A stretch of 64,000 bases of DNA from Octopus vulgaris (GCA_951406725.2 OX597831.1:14756001-14820000), one strand, 5' to 3'; shown: positions 27,488 through 41,223, counted from the stretch's first letter. The notes: generated by a model from the sequence alone, not told the origin. Numbers and translations: made by a program.

Positions 27488-29423
27488 TCAAATGTATAGA
27501 TATAGAACAAGATATCAATATTTTAATTTATACTATATTCAAATATATTCAAATATGACAAAATCGATCTTCGATTAATCTAAAAATTTGACAGGTCTTT
27601 TGTTTGAAATTATGAAGCGTAATTAACAATTAATATTACAAGATACACTTAATTAACTTCTTTTTTATAGAAAGACAGGCACTCGTTTTCTTATCCTCAC
27701 GAAAAGGCGATTAAACGTTATTGCGTTGGCGTGTCACATACAGTTAGTGGCTTCATGGGAACGCGGTTGGGGTGGGTCATGATGCTGGTGGGGTGGAGTA
27801 AATAGTTTCCTGATTATGATGATAATTATGTTGATGATGATGTTGATAATGATGAAGGCAGTGATGGCGATTTTGATGACGGTGGTGGTGGTTGTGGTGA
27901 TGATGATGATGATGGCTTTGATCCTCTTGCTCTTGATAATTTTCATGATGCTGATGCTGATTATGGTGTCGTTGGTGGAGATAGTTGTGATGACGATGAC
28001 GCTGACAAAGATGGTGACGCTGAGGGTTTTGGTGAAGATGCTGAGAAGGGGAGATAAAGAAGTCATTGCTGCTGCTGTTGCTGCTGCTGCTGCTGATGGT
28101 GATGATGATGAGGAGATGGAAGACGAAGTGGAAAAGGAAGAAATTGCTAATTCTGTGCTTCTGATGTCGAAGCGAATACTATTCTATATTCTTCTATATA
28201 AAGTATTACAGTTTTCTTTCCTCTCGTGATAACAATATCAAATGAAAATTCAGCGTCTCAAGATAGTTAATCATCGACAGATTGATAAATACAAAGACAG
28301 AGAGAAAGGTCTTTGATTAAGCTTTAGTTTCTACTGGAGGTTTAGGGGCGCCTTCGTGACACATAACATGTAAATCTTCACCCTTGATTTAGGGCTGACG
28401 AGAAAGCCCTGGCATCAGTAAATGAATTCTTACTTTATTCTTTGTTCTTCGCATGAATCATTGAAAAATGCGCCCCGCAAGAGAGTGGATCGTATTACAT
28501 GGCCATCAAGTAGGAGTTACCGTATGTTTTTATGTGGTTCTATGTGATGTTCCAAGGTTCTTCTCAAGCTAATAATTAATGTGGTTCAAATGTGAAATAA
28601 TTAACAGGTTGTAATAGTACCTCACTTGCCCCGCCGCTAACTTCCACACTATCTTCGTATTAAGTGTCTCTATCTCGCATTCATATAGCACAAAGAAGAC
28701 TAGCAGGGCATACGGATATCCTATTTTGATCCTCATATTAAAGCTTCTTTCACACCGTACGGGTGTGAATTAGATTAGCACATTAATAAACTACTGTTAT
28801 TGCAAAGATTTCTGATCCTGAAACATATTATTATTAACTGTCATTAACTCAATATAATTAAAAGATTTTTTATTATTCTTTGCTTCTGTCTTTTAAAAGT
28901 AGGTTTGTCAAGAGTTCAACTTCGGCATTTGTCATGAAATTCGTTAGAGGTTATCGCAAGAAAAAGTGATAGCTGACTAAATTAGCCATTGCATCTTCCT
29001 TTCTATCTGGGACATCAATGCTGTCACTAGATTTTAAATTAAGGCTTATCATACCGAGTTTCAAGAATAATCCTCAGATTCCACCATAAAAAGATGTTTT
29101 ATAGAATGAGTGGCGTGAGTGTTGGTGGAGAGAAGCGAGTACGAAGGTCTGTCAAAGTGATGCAGGACCACCGTTGATGTCCCCTTCTGTGAGTGATGTA
29201 CTGGTTGACCATCTGGCATCTAGATACTTAATTTGTGTTCGTGTATATGTGTCTATGTATATATGTTTGTGTGTATACATATAAGAGCGCGATAAAATAA
29301 TTACTAGGCTTACAAAGAATAAGTTCCGAGGTCGATTTGTTCGACGAGAAGCCGTGCTGCAGCATGGCTACAATCACATGACTGAAACAAGTAAAAGAAT
29401 ACAGGAATATATATATATATATA

Positions 29424-29828
29424 GGCGCAGGAGTGGCTGTGTGGTAAGTAGCTTGTTTACCAGCCACATGGTTCTGGGTTCAGTCCCACTGCGTGGCACC
29501 TTGGGCAAGTGTCTTCTACTGTAGCCTCGGGCCGACCAAAGCCTTGTGAGTGGATTTGGTAGACGGAAATTGAAAGAAGCCTGTCGTATATATGTATATA
29601 TATATATATGTGTGTGTTTGTGTGTCTGTGTTTGTCCCCCTAGCATTGCTTGACAACCGATGCTGGTGTGTTTATGTCCCCGTCACTTAGCGGTTCGGCA
29701 AAAAGAGACCGATAGAATAAGTACTGGGCTTACAAAGAATAAGTCCCGAGGTCGAGTTGCTCGATTAAATGCGGTGCTCCAGCATGGCCGCAGTCAAATG
29801 ACTGAAACAAGTAAAAGAGAATAAAAGA

Positions 29829-29831
<3 letters not shown>
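29424..29831 (+). mobile_element. SINE family A, full-length copy (tRNA head, CORE-like ccttgggcaagt, internal microsatellite, 3' tail)
   Basis: ggcgcaggagtggctgtgtggtaag (A box)...gggttcagtccc (B-box-like)...accttgggcaagtgtcttctact...gactgaaacaagtaaaagag; flanked by (TA)n. Confidence 0.9.
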
Positions 29832-29881
<50 letters not shown>

Positions 29882-29989
29882 TATATACAGGGTGAAAGAG
29901 GGAAGGGGAGAGTGGTTACGGGTGTAGGCCTATTGAATGATCGAGAGACATATTCTATTATGAATCCTTTTCTGTATATTTTTACCCGT

Positions 29990-30300
29990 CCCTATAAGTC
30001 TACTTGTGGAAATGAAATCAATGTTGCATTTGTGGCCCTTGAAGACTATTATTTGTTTTTTTTCTAATAGTGTGGCTGAGATTTTTGCTTCACAATATGT
30101 ATTAGGTCTTGCCTTTTTGTACGTTTTAACAATCTCGCCAGTCAGAATTTAAATTATCTTCCGATATTGTATTTACGTTGTTCATTTGTATTATCGGCAA
30201 GACTTGGCTGTTGGTTATGTCTCTTAAGATTTTAAGCAGTGCTTTACAATGCTTTAAATCTGTGGTTTTATTTAGTCGCTGGCGATAAATATTGGAAAGG
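29990..30300 (-). pseudogene. Highly degenerate Penelope-like GIY-YIG C-terminal fragment
   Basis: Minus strand ..YCEAKISATLLEKKQIIVFKGHKCNIDFISTSRL resembles the PLE C-terminal C.LC..EK..I......LN...E..S.CRH motif; many stops. Confidence 0.35.
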
Positions 30301-30855
30301 TTGCAAAGGTGTAAATCTTCTCAAGATTACAATGGAGAAAGTTGGCTTAAGTTTAAATGTGGAAGTCAAAAACTACGAACGTGAAAAGTTAAGTCAGTAT
30401 AAGAAGCATACTAAACAGTGAAGGTATATTAGGAACGGCAACATCAAAATTGGAATTACTGAAAAAAAAAAAAAAAAAAGAAAATAATAATAAAACATTT
30501 GGTGCAATTGTCACAACTCACAAATATCTGTTTTAGAGTGTAATATAAATCCCCATTGCTTCCTATCACGATGGAAAAAGGTAACGATGCAAAAATCATT
30601 CGAACAAACTCATTTGTTTAAATGAAACGCGTTTCTACAATATCCTGTTTGTGCAACATGGGAACGAAATCGTCAGAATAGAGAGAAGAAAGAAAACGGC
30701 TAAACCATAAATTACAAGAGCAAGATTAAAGAAACTTATGGCAATTCATAGTAATTTATGGAAGGAGGTTAATATATCAATGCCTTCTAGTGAACTGCGA
30801 TTGAGTTACGAAAGTATACTGAAAGGGGCACTGTAGTAGAAACATATGAAATATG

Positions 30856-30887
<32 letters not shown>

Positions 30888-30940
30888 TATACATATATAT
30901 GTATATATGTATGTATACACGCACACACACATATATATTT

Positions 30941-31200
30941 CGTGGCACTCCGTCTGTTGCGACGACGAGGGTCCCAGTTGATCCGATCAAAGGAACAGCA
31001 TGCTCGTGAAATCAACGTGCACGTATGCCCTTAACGTATTTCTCGGGGGGATTCAGCGTGACACAGAGTGTGACAAGGCTGGCCCTTTGAAACACAAGTA
31101 CTACACAAACAGGAAGAAAGAGTGATAGAAAGCTGTGGTGAGGAATCGAAACTACAATGTTTCCATCATAAGTGCAACGCCTATCATCTGAGCCACGCCA
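30941..31200 (-). mobile_element. SINE family D (decayed tRNA-like head near 31140-31200)
   Basis: ggcactccgtc..gacgagggtcccagttgatccgatc..cagcgtgacacagagtgtgacaaggctggccc..ggaatcgaaact..ctgagccacgcc. Confidence 0.65.
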
Positions 31201-31443
31201 CTACTAACACACTCACACACACGTTAGACATGTCTGTTATTTATTCGTTACCTTTGGTTACAAGTTATCCCAGATCATAGCGGACGCGAAACAAAACCAC
31301 ATAGATTAATAACAACTCATTCATTTATCGCGTATAAATCACCAGCGCCTCTTCAAAACACCGCAACCACGCACTCGGTACTCAACCCCTACTCTTACAG
31401 CGCATCACCAGTACATCACTACTATACCACCTGTATAAAAGCA

Positions 31444-31683
31444 GTACAGAGTTGGCCAAAATTCACCTGAGAGGAAATCAAAACAATTTAATTCCAAGAT
31501 TAAAACAAAAAAATATTTTATATGAGACTTCGCTAATAAATAGACACGTTGATAAAAACCGGTAATTTTAACTCACAGCATTCAATTAATAAACATTCAT
31601 AATTAGAATGAATGAATAAAATTGAATATTAAATATTTATGGAATTTAGATTTACTTTGGAGTGACTTTTGGCCAGTAATGTA
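31444..31683. mobile_element. Tc1/mariner-type MITE, copy 1
   Basis: TAcagagttggccaaaattcac ... gtgacttttggccagtaatgTA. Confidence 0.7.
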
Positions 31684-31773
31684 TAAAAGTATATATGTGT
31701 GTGTGTATGTATGTGTGTGAGTGAGTATATATATGTATATGTATGTATGCATGTATGTATGTATGTATGTATG

Positions 31774-31823
<50 letters not shown>

Positions 31824-32040
31824 CATACATACATACAACCATACATAATCGGCCGAAAGAGCAAAGACGATCTGGAACTCGAACTGAGGATAGGAACCTT
31901 CGAACCACTCGTCCTTGATTTTTCCTGTCCTTTTTTGTATTGTCTAATTACCGGATGCTTTGTTGTCACCTGTTACGTTCTTGTTCCATTTTCATTTTCT
32001 TCATATATATACATATGCACCCCCCATATATATGCATATA

Positions 32041-32268
32041 TACAGGGCTAGCCACAAGTCAACTGAGTCAGTCAAAACCATTTAATTCCAAGATTTATCA
32101 ATGTTCAAGAACTGAAGGAATTTAATAAAAGCATTTAAATAAATGGTGATTTTAACTCACAGCATTCAATTATTAAACATTCATAATTGGAATGAATTAA
32201 AAAAAACTGAATATTAAATATTTACAGAATTTTGATTTAGTGTTGGGTGACTTTTGGACAAACCTGTA
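32041..32268. mobile_element. Tc1/mariner-type MITE, copy 2
   Basis: TAcagggctagccacaagtca ... ggtgacttttggacaaacctgTA; interior (tttaattccaagat, ttaactcacagcattcaatta) matches copy 1. Confidence 0.75.
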
Positions 32269-32864
32269 TTTCACCGGCGTGCATCAAATACACCCTTAGT
32301 AAACCAATAGTATACTAGCAGTATATGCTTTGTACACTACTATTGCACTACTGCTCCTCCTATATTTATATACAGTATGAAAACGTCATCCATCAGTAAC
32401 CTAACCATCCACCGGCACTGTTGAATTTTAGCCAGTTTTTTGTTTCGGTCTTGTGCCAAGACGATGCACATGAATTTTATACCTTGCCAAAATTCGAAAA
32501 GCAAGACGGAGAATGTTTAAAAGAATTATTTCTCGCTTCCAACTATAAGCCACACAGACACATACACAAGTTCTCATACAGATACACACATGTATACACC
32601 CCCGCTGCTATACACGCTTGTACACATACATATACACAAAAAATTATACGCAGGCACTTGCTATATATTATATATACATCAAAGGTTTTTGCGAAGCATC
32701 GTTTCTGTTACTGCATGACTATCGTGATTCTATGACCCCCAACGACACCCCCAACAATAGCACCAACACCACTACCGGCACCTAAACTCCACTAACAACA
32801 CCAAAAAAACAATAAAACTGCCTCCGCCGTCGCCAAAACCCGGAAACTATCACTATTATTTTTT

Positions 32865-33458
32865 ACTCTAGGCACAAGACCAGGAATTTTGGGGGACGGG
32901 GCCCTCCCGATTAGGTCAACCCCAGTATGCAAATAGTACTTAATTTATCGACCACGAAAGGATGGAAGACAAAGTGAGACATCGGCGGGATTTGAACTTA
33001 GAACGTAAAGATCGACGAAATACCTGGGTGTTAACGTTACTGCCACTTTATTATTCCTAAAATATTCGTTTCTAATCGAGGCAAAAGGCCCGAAATTTTT
33101 AGGGAAGAGGGCCAGTCGATTAGATCGACCCCAGTACGCAACTGATACTTAATTTATTGATACCGAAAAGATGAAAGGCAAAGTCGTCCTCCGTGGTATT
33201 TGAACTCAGAACGTAAAGATACACGAAATATGTATTTCTTTACTACCCACAAGGGGTTAAAGACAGAGAGGACAAACAAGGACAAACGGATTAAGTGGAT
33301 TATATCGACCCCAGTGCGTAACTGGTACTTAATGTATCGACCCCGTAAGGATGAAAGGCAAAGTCGACCTCGGCGGAATTTGAACTCAGAACGTAACGGC
33401 AGACGAAATACCGCTAAGCACTTCGCCCAACGCGCTAACGATTCTGCCAGCTCACCGC
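32865..33458 (-). mobile_element. SINE family B: truncated copy plus long dimeric copy
   Basis: Three repeats of the atcgaccccgaaaggatgaaaggcaaagtcgac domain; head ends at ~33458. Confidence 0.85.
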
Positions 33459-33609
33459 TTTCCTGAAATTACCACTATTGCCAGATAAAATAACCTTCAA
33501 CACTTCTGCCGCAACCACCAACAATACCAGCAGCAGCAGCAGCAGCACCACGACCACCACCACCACCACCACCACTACCAATAACACTGCCACCGCTACC
33601 ACATTTATA

Positions 33610-33866
33610 TACGGTAATCCCTCGACTATTGCGGGTGTTACCTATCAAACTCCACTTCCCTGCGATAGGTGAGAATCCGCGAAGTAGAAACAGTACCGTA
33701 CTGTACATTTTGAAAAAATTATTTTCATAATTTGTTTTTATTTATTTTATTATAAATGCAAAACAACACGAGGGAAGAATCGGCGTAAGCTTAAATAACA
33801 AAGCTCGACAGGTGAACCGCGATAGGTGAACCACGATAGGTGAACCGCGATATGGCGATTACTGTA
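33610..33866. mobile_element. pogo/Tigger-type MITE
   Basis: TAcggtaatccctcgactattgcgg ... ccgcgatatggcgattactgTA; subterminal (GATAGGTGAACCRC)x3. Confidence 0.7.
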
Positions 33867-34590
33867 CATGGGCAGTATTAAATCACCTGTTATAACAATC
33901 TGTTGGAGGTGGGTTTCTGCTAGAAATAGCATCCGATTAACCCTCAAATACAATAAACAACCAGTGTAAAGAACACGTTCGATAATACATCCCTAGACAG
34001 GCTTTGCCAAAAAAGGAAAAAATCAGGTTGATTATGTTCTTTGTAGTCAAAGAGAAATGATAATACTTTTGGCCCATTTTTGTACGATGCTTAAATGAGG
34101 GCAAGAATGAAGCGTTGCCTCCACATTTGCGAAACATTTGTCTGAGAATAAATGGAAGAAATGGCATCGTCCTTGTACGGAAAAAGGCGTTGCGTCAATT
34201 TGACACCTTTTCTCATTTGAATTATATATATTATATACATACATACATACATACATACATACATACGTACATATATATTTGATATGAGGGTGACAAATTA
34301 GATATTAATTTAATTAACATTGATTTCACACCAGTGGTCTAGCATATAAAAAAAAGAACTGAAGGTTCAGTAAGATTGTATTAAATACATATTAAAGGGA
34401 AAACCACTACGTGGATCTATTTCTAGAATAAGGGTGTCCACATAGTGGTTTTCCATCCAATATGTATTTAATACATACATTCACACACATATATATATAT
34501 ATGCATATGCATACATACATACACACACACACACTCACACACACATATATATACGTACACACACATACACACATATACACGTTTATTTTC

Positions 34591-34890
34591 GTGAAAGCGC
34601 ATGCTCAGTGGTTAGAGCGCCGGGCTCGCAATCATGACGCAGTGAGTTCTATTCCCAGACCGGGCTGTATATTGTGTTCTATAGCAAGACACTATTTCAC
34701 GTTGTTCCATTTCACTCAGCTGTAGAAATGAGTCGTCACATCACTGGTGCCAATCTGTCTCGACCCCTTATGCCTTGGATAACATCTAAGGCGTTTGTAA
34801 GCTTGTATGCAGGGTCCTCCGCAAACAACCTTGTCCCGGTTTGTGCCTCGGAGGGTATCTTTCGAGGTTCAATCCCTTGGTCATTCAGCT
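34591..34890 (+). mobile_element. SINE family C
   Basis: gctcagtggttagagcgccgggctcgcaatc..gagttctattcc..agcaagacactatttcacgttgttcca..cactcagctgtagaaatgagt. Confidence 0.85.
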
Positions 34891-34934
34891 CGTAGCCATT
34901 TATGAAATATTTTGTTGATAGAAATATGTAAGGG

Positions 34935-35285
34935 ACCAAGGAGTGCCCCTCTAATGTGGTCATCCAACATGCTAAAGATATCAGCCAAATTTCTCTAAAC
35001 TCATACGTTACTGTCTCCAAAAAGAGGGGGAGCGCATTAACTACCGTCTAAGTGTTAGAAGAAAAACATAATTTATTGGATTGAACTGTTTTTGCAGGTA
35101 TGAAAAAAGTAATCAACGTTTCTTGTATATATCCATCCTCAGAAACAAAAGGATCCCAGAAAGTTGACTACTGAATAATGTAAGTGTGGGATGAATTGTA
35201 TTTGAAAATAAGAGGAGGTCATGGTTAGAATGTCTTTGCTCATAAGTCTGCTGAATCTCGGCTGACCTGAGGTTCAACACCAATA
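34935..35285. repeat. Degenerate interspersed repeat family E
   Basis: caacatgctaaagatatcagccaaatttc and ctcataagtctgct..gctgacctgagg; related pieces at ~21940-22010, ~37910-37975 and ~60150-60330. Confidence 0.45.
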
Positions 35286-35373
35286 ATTATAATATTTTAA
35301 GATGAAAAATAAAAGAATAGAACAAAAATTATCCACAATTCTTCAAACATTTTAACTAAAACATTTCATAACA

Positions 35374-35434
<61 letters not shown>

Positions 35435-36097
35435 TAGATAAACTTAGATATGTTTCGACCAAAGATTGGTCCAGGCCATGTATAACTTAATAGCACCACC
35501 TGATGATGATTGTACAATTGCCTCACATGAACTGTGCCTCCCTTTACTAAGTACTACTAGTATTAATTATCATTAATAGTTATTAAAGCAACAGAATTAT
35601 TGAAACTGGCTAAATTACTTTGGAGTTACATTCCTCTGAATTCAATTTGAAATCCGAAGCTAACTTTGACTTTTCATCTATTTTTTTGAGTACCAGTAAT
35701 ATACAGGGCTCCATCCAATTAACTCTATCCCTCCACAACATATATATGACAGTGGTAGCAATGGTATATATCATTACTATTACTAGTATGTAAAGCAAGA
35801 GTTGACCTCATACCTGACTTCAATCCCTGGTTGTGCCCTTCTCATTTTGTTTCTACAGATTCTACAGATTCTTTTTAAAGAGTCTAAGTATAAAACCTTT
35901 CCACTATGTTCAGTGCGTAATTTGAAGGTGTTATCATATTCCCTTTTTTTTGTTATAAATTTGTGACAACTGACTTAAAGTTTGCCTTTCATCTTTCCAG
36001 AGATACAATGTTCTGACGTACCAGTCACATTCAAGGGTCAATTAGATCAGCTATACTCTCCCTCTAAAATTTGTGGGCTTTTACCTATGTTAGGAAA

Positions 36098-36206
<109 letters not shown>

Positions 36207-36712
36207 ATTTATAAGTGTGGTGGATTAGCAGAATCGGTAAGTATGTCAGATAAATTGCTTTCTTAAAATTCTGAGTTCAAATCCCACCGAGGTAAACTTT
36301 GTCATTCATCCTTCTGAGGTTGATAAAATAAAATACCTGTTAAGTCCTGGGGTCAATTTAAGCAATTCTTCCTTCCTTAGTGCCTAAGTTGTAAACAGTT
36401 ATTTTTTACAGAAAGTTGGAAATCTGGCAGGTCTGTTACAATGTCAGAAAAATTGCTTTTGCTGTACTTGTTCCAATTATATTCCTAAAATATGTTGAGG
36501 AATGCCAACGCCCCGACACCCAAAATTCACTTTATGTAAGTTATTTCAGATATTTTAAGAAGAATTATACAAGTGAAATAAATATTGCCAAGAAGCAGAA
36601 ACCGTATATGGAAGCACGATTACTTACATATATTCATATGCCTACATACATTACATATGCCTACATATATATATATATATGCAGACACACAAACATACAC
36701 ATAAACACACGT

Positions 36713-36765
<53 letters not shown>

Positions 36766-36783
36766 CATACATACATACATACA

Positions 36784-36814
<31 letters not shown>

Positions 36815-37217
36815 GTATATGTAAATGTGAAAATAGCCAAATAACAAACATACACGCAGTAGGTGTGTATGTATAAGCATTTATATATTTCAGAAATATT
36901 TTAGAGAATATCTTTCAAATTGTTTAAGAATATTAATTTAATATCTTAGAAACGCCAGGAAAATGAAAATGTATTAATTCTGCTTCTTTGGAATGACTAT
37001 ATATGGGCATTTTCTTCAGATAATTTATAGATGATTTTGGGAGGAGAAGAAGGAAAGGAAGCAAATACATTAGAAAATATTAACAAAAGAAATAAGCTAC
37101 AGATTCTGTGTTTGTTATCAATATGAAGAACAGTATATATAACGGATCGGAAAAAAAGATGGAATGAAAAATGTAACCATCACTACCACCACCAACGGCA
37201 ACAAGAACAAGAACAAG

Positions 37218-37285
<68 letters not shown>

Positions 37286-37393
37286 TCTTATTATCATCAT
37301 CATCATCATCGTCATCGTCATCCTTATTTATTAATATCATCATAAAAACAGTGATGATGATGATGATGATCATGAAAAATAAAAACCCGCAAA

Positions 37394-37833
37394 TATTGGG
37401 ATGGTGTATAACTATTGCGGATTTTTGTTTTTCAACAAAACCAATAACAACATGTTACAATAACATTTTAAAATGTTTATTCCGGAGCATATTCACCATC
37501 TACTTCGATTACTGCTTCCCATTTGCTTGGCAGACGATCAGACCGTCATTTAAAGATGGTTTTGTCAAATATTCTGTTGTGTCTGGGGAGGGTCATTCTC
37601 TTTTAGTGCCTTATTATTTAACACACTCACCGGTAAAATTTACACTTATTTCGTTGCGTCTTGCAACCTTTTCAATAGTCTTAGACACAACAGAATATGC
37701 TTCAACACACGAACTCATATAAAGAATCTTGCAAACCAAATCCAAAAACAAAATATTTGTCAAATATTGTTATAGTTTTTGTTGAATAAATTATTGTTGG
37801 AAAAAGCCGCAATAATTATGCACCAACCCAATA
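37394..37833 (-). mobile_element. Internally deleted mariner element
   Basis: TIRs TAttgggatggtgtataactattgcgg and ccgcaataattatgcaccaacccaaTA. Minus strand 37477-37539 encodes DRLPSKWEAVIEVDGEYAPE*, the mariner transposase C-terminus. Confidence 0.9.
37570..37697. mobile_element. ~128-bp MITE nested in the mariner
   Basis: Perfect 15-bp inverted ends TATTCTGTTGTGTCT and AGACACAACAGAATA. Confidence 0.75.
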
Positions 37834-38819
37834 GACTGAAATCTCGAGTATGGAATTTATTTGCATGCAAAGAACGAAGCTGCTACAATTTAGATAAAGT
37901 TGTTGATCTTGTTGCTTAGCCCCAGGTCAACCATGATAGAGCAGATTTAGTACGAAAGACCGTCCACCCTCACCAGTTTTATATACTGTTTTAGACCTCG
38001 GTTAGTTTTTGCGTAGAAGACCTATGATGAAACATGCTTGTCCCATGACAGTACTGTTTCGTTTTTCATGATGTGTGAAACGTATGGTCTTTTAACACAC
38101 ACACACACACGTGCGCGCGCGCATGCCTATATGCACTTACATGATGTTTGTATCATCTTATCAAATGTTGGCGGTCTTAAATTCAGCCTGAATGATCTAA
38201 TTTACTTTCACACCCACACATATGCCAATATAATAACCCTTCACTTTAGGACTTTTTAAAATCCAAACCGGAAATGAAGTGATAGTGAGACATTTGTACC
38301 TCAATGGATTTCAGTGACTAAAGATTGCACAACACTTTCGTCTCTCTTCCGGTGGCGATAATAGGTTCTAGTTACAGGCACTGCAAGATGGCTGCCACGC
38401 TTTCGACAGCAAGTTTTATGTCAGAGTATCATTCCACTAGCAGGCCTACCTTCCCAGCGATTTGCCGAAAATAACAGATGCCTACCCTACCCCACAGAAA
38501 TCTATTTAACATATAAATTGGTCACCTACAAGTACTGCGGTCCCACGAATTGTGGTCTCTTTCTATACCTTATTATTCTTAAATTTGACCCCCTAATAAT
38601 TTGGCCATGCTCACACTTTATTATGGCGTTGAGTATATTTTTCTATTTCTTCTGCTTTACATTTTTGTTGTTCTTTTTCTTCTTTTCTTCAATTCTCTTT
38701 CTTCTTCAAGAGGATCAGTCTCAGATACATTTTACTACGCTGCTTCCAGAATTCTCTGTCTCATTAGCGTTGGTAGTTTCTCCATTTTATGTTGTACGAC
38801 CTTCCTAATATCCTCAATG

Positions 38820-39522
38820 TATAGGGCGATCCTAATGTCTTGTCACCACCGACCAAAAAGTAATAAGAACAATACAGGAACAATAAGATAATATCAAACA
38901 CATGACCAGAATACCCAACTGTCGATGAACGCTGTTTCGGAAGCCTTTGCAACAATCGCCAAAATACTGCTTCGTAAAAAATCACACAGGACATTGAACC
39001 GCGTCATTTTGTGACACAAATATGATGGTGCTCATACAGACATCCTCGATATGTGACTGTGTCAGTGTTAATAAATATGATTACGCTAAAACCAGTGTTT
39101 GATATTATTATGTTGCTCCAAAGGTGGCGAGGTGGCACAATCGTTAGCACGCCGGGCGAAAAGCTTAGCAGTATTTCGTCTGCCGCTACGTTCTGAGTTC
39201 AAATTCCGCCGAGGTCGACTTTACCTTTCATCCTTGCGGGGTCGATTAAATAAGTACCAGTTACGTATTGGGGCCGATGTAATCGACTTAATCCGTTTGT
39301 CTGTCATTGATTATCCTCTCTGTGTTTAGCCCCTTGTGGGTAGTAAAGAAATAGGTATTTCCTCTGTCTTTATGTTCTGAGTTCAAATTCCACAGAGGTT
39401 GACTTTGCCTCACCCAAAATTTCGGGCCTTGTGCCTCGTGTAGAAAAGAATCATTATGTTGTTCCTCTATTGTTCTTATTAATTTTCCGTAGGGGGTGGC
39501 AAGATTTTCGCACCACCCTGTA
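38820..39522. mobile_element. Non-autonomous Tc1-like element interrupted by a SINE
   Basis: Left end TAtagggcgatcctaatgtcttgtcacc; right end ggtggcaagattttcgcaccaccctgTA; 38820-39110 is homologous, inverted, to 50352-50649. Confidence 0.7.
39121..39450 (+). mobile_element. SINE family B (dimeric, partly deleted)
   Basis: aggtggcgaggtggcacaatcgttagcacgccgggcgaaa...gggtagtaaagaaataggtattt..gagttcaaattcc. Confidence 0.85.
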
Positions 39523-39994
39523 GATGGTCGCCCCTCTTTCATTCTGAAGGTGTAGGATTCTCCAAAATATCAGATATGGGCTGGTTTTCAGCACCATACA
39601 CAAGGCAATAAAGGCCCACCCTACGTTGACCCACAATAGTGGAGATGAACGGAAAAACCTTTGGTCTTTGTTTTCCACAACATAAATTTTGACCTTTATA
39701 TAAGAACCACGAAGATCAACTTGAATTTCCAGCTCCATAATTCACGTTTACTTTCAATAGAAACCAGAGTTTCTCTCTTTTTTTTACACATGCTTTGTGG
39801 AAAGCTTGTCTTCTGAAACTGAAATACTTAATTCTTTACAGGTGTTTTGAACCTTGTTACAAGTAATCTCACCTGGACAGATGCGTGTCAGGAAATAGAT
39901 TTTAACGTCGGTTTTATAGGTAGTAAACTAATTAGGCTTACCGAAATCTTTGAGTCGAATATCACCGGTGGAAGAACTTGGTGTAATAAGTTCT

Positions 39995-40145
39995 CATAAC
40001 TTAGCAGCTAGGCAAATAGACACCGATAGAGTAAGTACCGTGCTTAACAAAAAATAAGTTCTGGGGTCGATTTATTCGATTAAAACTTCTTCAAGGTGGT
40101 GCCCCAGCATGGTCACGATCTAATGACTGAAACAAGTAAAAGATA
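39995..40145 (+). mobile_element. SINE family A tail
   Basis: taacttagc..caccgataga..ctggggtcgatttattcga..gccccagcatgg..gactgaaacaagtaaaag. Confidence 0.8.
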
Positions 40146-40154
40146 AAAAATACA

Positions 40155-40197
<43 letters not shown>

Positions 40198-40653
40198 GTA
40201 TAAACTTATACATATATATGTGTATATGCATAAACTTATTTATGAATAGAAATATGTATGTGCGTGCATGCGCGTGCCTGTGGGTATAGATGAATTCAGT
40301 GACATGTCTCGAAAATTTGGTGATAATTTTCAATAAGTTAAGGGGTGTGAAAAATTCTATACCTGAGGCGAACATAATAGTGTCTACATAAATGCACACA
40401 TATACACAGACACACACAAACATACAGGCGCACACGCACACACACATACACACCCCCACACACGTCTGATAGAATTTCCTCCTTCTCGGAGACAAAATAT
40501 ATAGGTAAAGCTTTGTTGTTGACTTTTAATAGTCATTTTGCATGGTGGAGAACATTTTCCTCTATAAAACTGTTTTCTCTCTCCCTCAGCCTCTCTCTGT
40601 ATACATACATACATAGATACATACACACATACATACATACATAAATACATTCA

Positions 40654-40687
<34 letters not shown>

Positions 40688-41223
40688 CATACATACATAC
40701 ATACATACATACACACACACGTACATACATACATACATATATCTATCTATCTATATATATATATATTTACAAATCATATAAATTATATAATAAACCTAAA
40801 CACACACAACCGTTAAATTTTTCGTTAATGTGTTTCCGACATTAAATTTTAAAATTCTTTGAAGAAAACGAAAAAGAATTACAAAAAAATTCAAAATCTA
40901 TAAAAATTATTTTGTATATTTGCATTCCTTGTCTATAGTCCTGAAACATTAAATTATGAAATATCTGAAGTTTCAATCACTGTTAGAACACTGCCTTGCT
41001 TTCTGTGTCTCAATGTTAGATATATACGAACATGTCGCATATGGAAATGTTGAATTTTAAAAAGAATACAGGCAAAATCTAACTAAAATATCTTTTGATT
41101 ATTCTTTACAATGTAATCTCCACCCCCGGGATGGTTTTTCCTGATTTTAAATATGATATGTCAATATATTGTCACGCCTTACACACACGCATGTACACAC
41201 ACTTACACTACACGCAAACACGC

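Noticed and set aside
27734-28229. Long overlapping ORFs rich in M/V/L or I/T
   Set aside because: Degenerate (GAT/GGT/GCT)n trinucleotide tract.
28390-28412. agggCTGACGAGAAAgccct, HHR core words in a hairpin
   Set aside because: There is no stem II between CUGACGA and GAAA and no stem III or cleavage triplet.
33810-33852. Short direct repeats resembling a CRISPR array
   Set aside because: They are adjacent 14-bp units without unique spacers, subterminal to a Tigger-like MITE, in eukaryotic DNA.
35440-35510. GACCAA/TTGGTC hairpin plus GAAACATATC on the minus strand (related piece at ~53010); CTGATGA at 35500
   Set aside because: No CUGANGA precedes the hairpin on the same strand, and the + strand CTGATGA has no GAAA partner.
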